A stretch of DNA of 18,688 nucleotides, from contig CBFFRQ010000117.1 of the NCBI GenBank assembly GCA_965644315.1, forward strand, positions 1 to 18,688, in the 5' to 3' direction. The position numbers were made by a program, and so were the translations under genes. Under the pieces are notes generated by a model, which saw only the letters and a list, made by a program, of their open reading frames with translations, made no database searches and was not told where the DNA came from. The stretch comes from Caecitellus pseudoparvulus (taxonomy: Eukaryota > Protista > Bigyra: Bicosoecida). Positions 17,698-18,688 of the stretch are shown in pieces. Position 1 is the stretch's first letter. The number at the start of each line of letters is the position of its first letter.

Positions 17698-18688
17698 ATG
17701 GGGTTCAGTGATGGCAAGGGGAAGTCCTCCGATGCAAGCGTCGGCAGCAGCTCGTCCAGGCAGGGCCGGCGCGGTTCTGGTTTCCCGCCCCGCCATGCCT
17801 CCTTTTCCCCGGAAGAGGACCGCACCTTGCTCTCCCTCCTGCAACGCTTCCCGGCAGGGACGAGCCAGGTGTGGGCTAAGGTTGCTGCACTCATGCCCGA
17901 CCGCACGGGCAAGCAGTGCCGGGACAGGTGAGCGACGCGCGAGAGCCCCCCCCCCTCGCACGGCAGCTGCCTGTGCATCAGCGTCGTGTCGCGAGCCCGG
18001 CGCCCAGTCTGCGCCCGCTCCCACGCCTGCGGCGAGGTTCTGCACGGTGCCCCACGCCCTGCCTGGCACAGGTACATCAACCACCTTCGCCCCCTGGACC
18101 TGACGCCTCTGACGAAGGCCCAGGAGGACGAGCTTTTTCGCCTGGTCCCCAGCCACACCAGTCCAGACCACGCAGTGCAGTGGACGCAGCTGCTTCGCTC
18201 GTCAACCTTTCCAGGCAAGTCCGTCGAGCGCGTGAAGAACAAGTACCGCCGTAGGATCAAGGCCATGCTGGCATCTGGTGAACTGGTTCCCCGCCGGGAC
18301 ACTGGCACGGCTGCCTTCTCGGGGCACGCTGCTGCTGCAGTGCCCTTGCCCAGCACCCGAGGCTTGCTGCCTTCGCCAGCCGGCACCGCCGGCAGCGCCT
18401 CAGCGGGCACACCAGGCAGTGCCGGCTGGCATGGCCAGGCTGCTTGGAGCAGCCACGCACCCCCTTATTGGGGCATGCCTGTGCCACTGCCCCCCGCCCC
18501 CGCCATGGTGCTGCCTCCTGGTGCGGTTCCCGGCGCTGTCACCATGCAGCAGCCAGGGCACGGCTCAGCTCACCAGCACTATGCTGCCCACCAGGGCACA
18601 CCCATCCCCCCGCCATCCTGGCTTCAGGTCCCCGGAATGATGCCATCTCAGCCCAAGCGACCTCGTGTCGAGACGAGCGACGTGCTGG
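17698..18688 (+). CDS. Myb-domain transcription factor (two repeats), 3'-partial; exons 17698-17927, 18072->18688
   Basis: FSPEEDRTLLSLLQRFPAGTSQVWAKVAALMPDRTGKQCRDR|YINHLRP is restored by intron 17928-18071 (GTGAGC..GCACAG). A second divergent repeat ends VKNKY. The Pro/Gln-rich tail is open to the window end. Confidence 0.88.

Noticed and set aside
1-18688. tRNA, rRNA, CRISPR array or intact transposon
   Set aside because: No cloverleaf/T-loop signature, regularly spaced repeats, or transposase/RT motifs were recognised by eye.

Overview
GC-rich, gene-dense eukaryotic (protist-like) genomic DNA. I reconstructed 13 short GT..CAG introns (63-144 nt) by hand, so the raw ORF track is misleading. 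There are nine protein-coding genes: (1) a 5'-partial tail-anchored coiled-coil protein (+); (2) an unknown WD40-like protein starting MDRFVVRK (+); (3) ESCRT-III CHMP2/Vps2 (-); (4) plant/algal-type DDB2 with a long C-terminal tail (+); (5) a small SelK-like membrane protein (-); (6) 2,3-BPG-dependent phosphoglycerate mutase (-); (7) a PDZ/coiled-coil protein (-); (8) an ~8-TM UPF0658-like protein (+); (9) a 3'-partial Myb protein (+). A lower-GC segment at ~6.1-7.8 kb holds a probable decayed gene. The main find is gene 5, which looks like an unannotated selenoprotein. Its apparent stop (TGA at 10668-10670) reads on as ...PPRA-U-GRGPC-TAA, and ~100 nt downstream lies a SECIS-shaped hairpin with a non-canonical ACGA/UGAC core and CA in place of the apical AA. 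Secondary finds are two TSPYF (MLH1-binding-like) motifs in the DDB2 tail and an ALKBH2-like APIM at the start of gene 2. All family calls come from motif recognition, not database searches.
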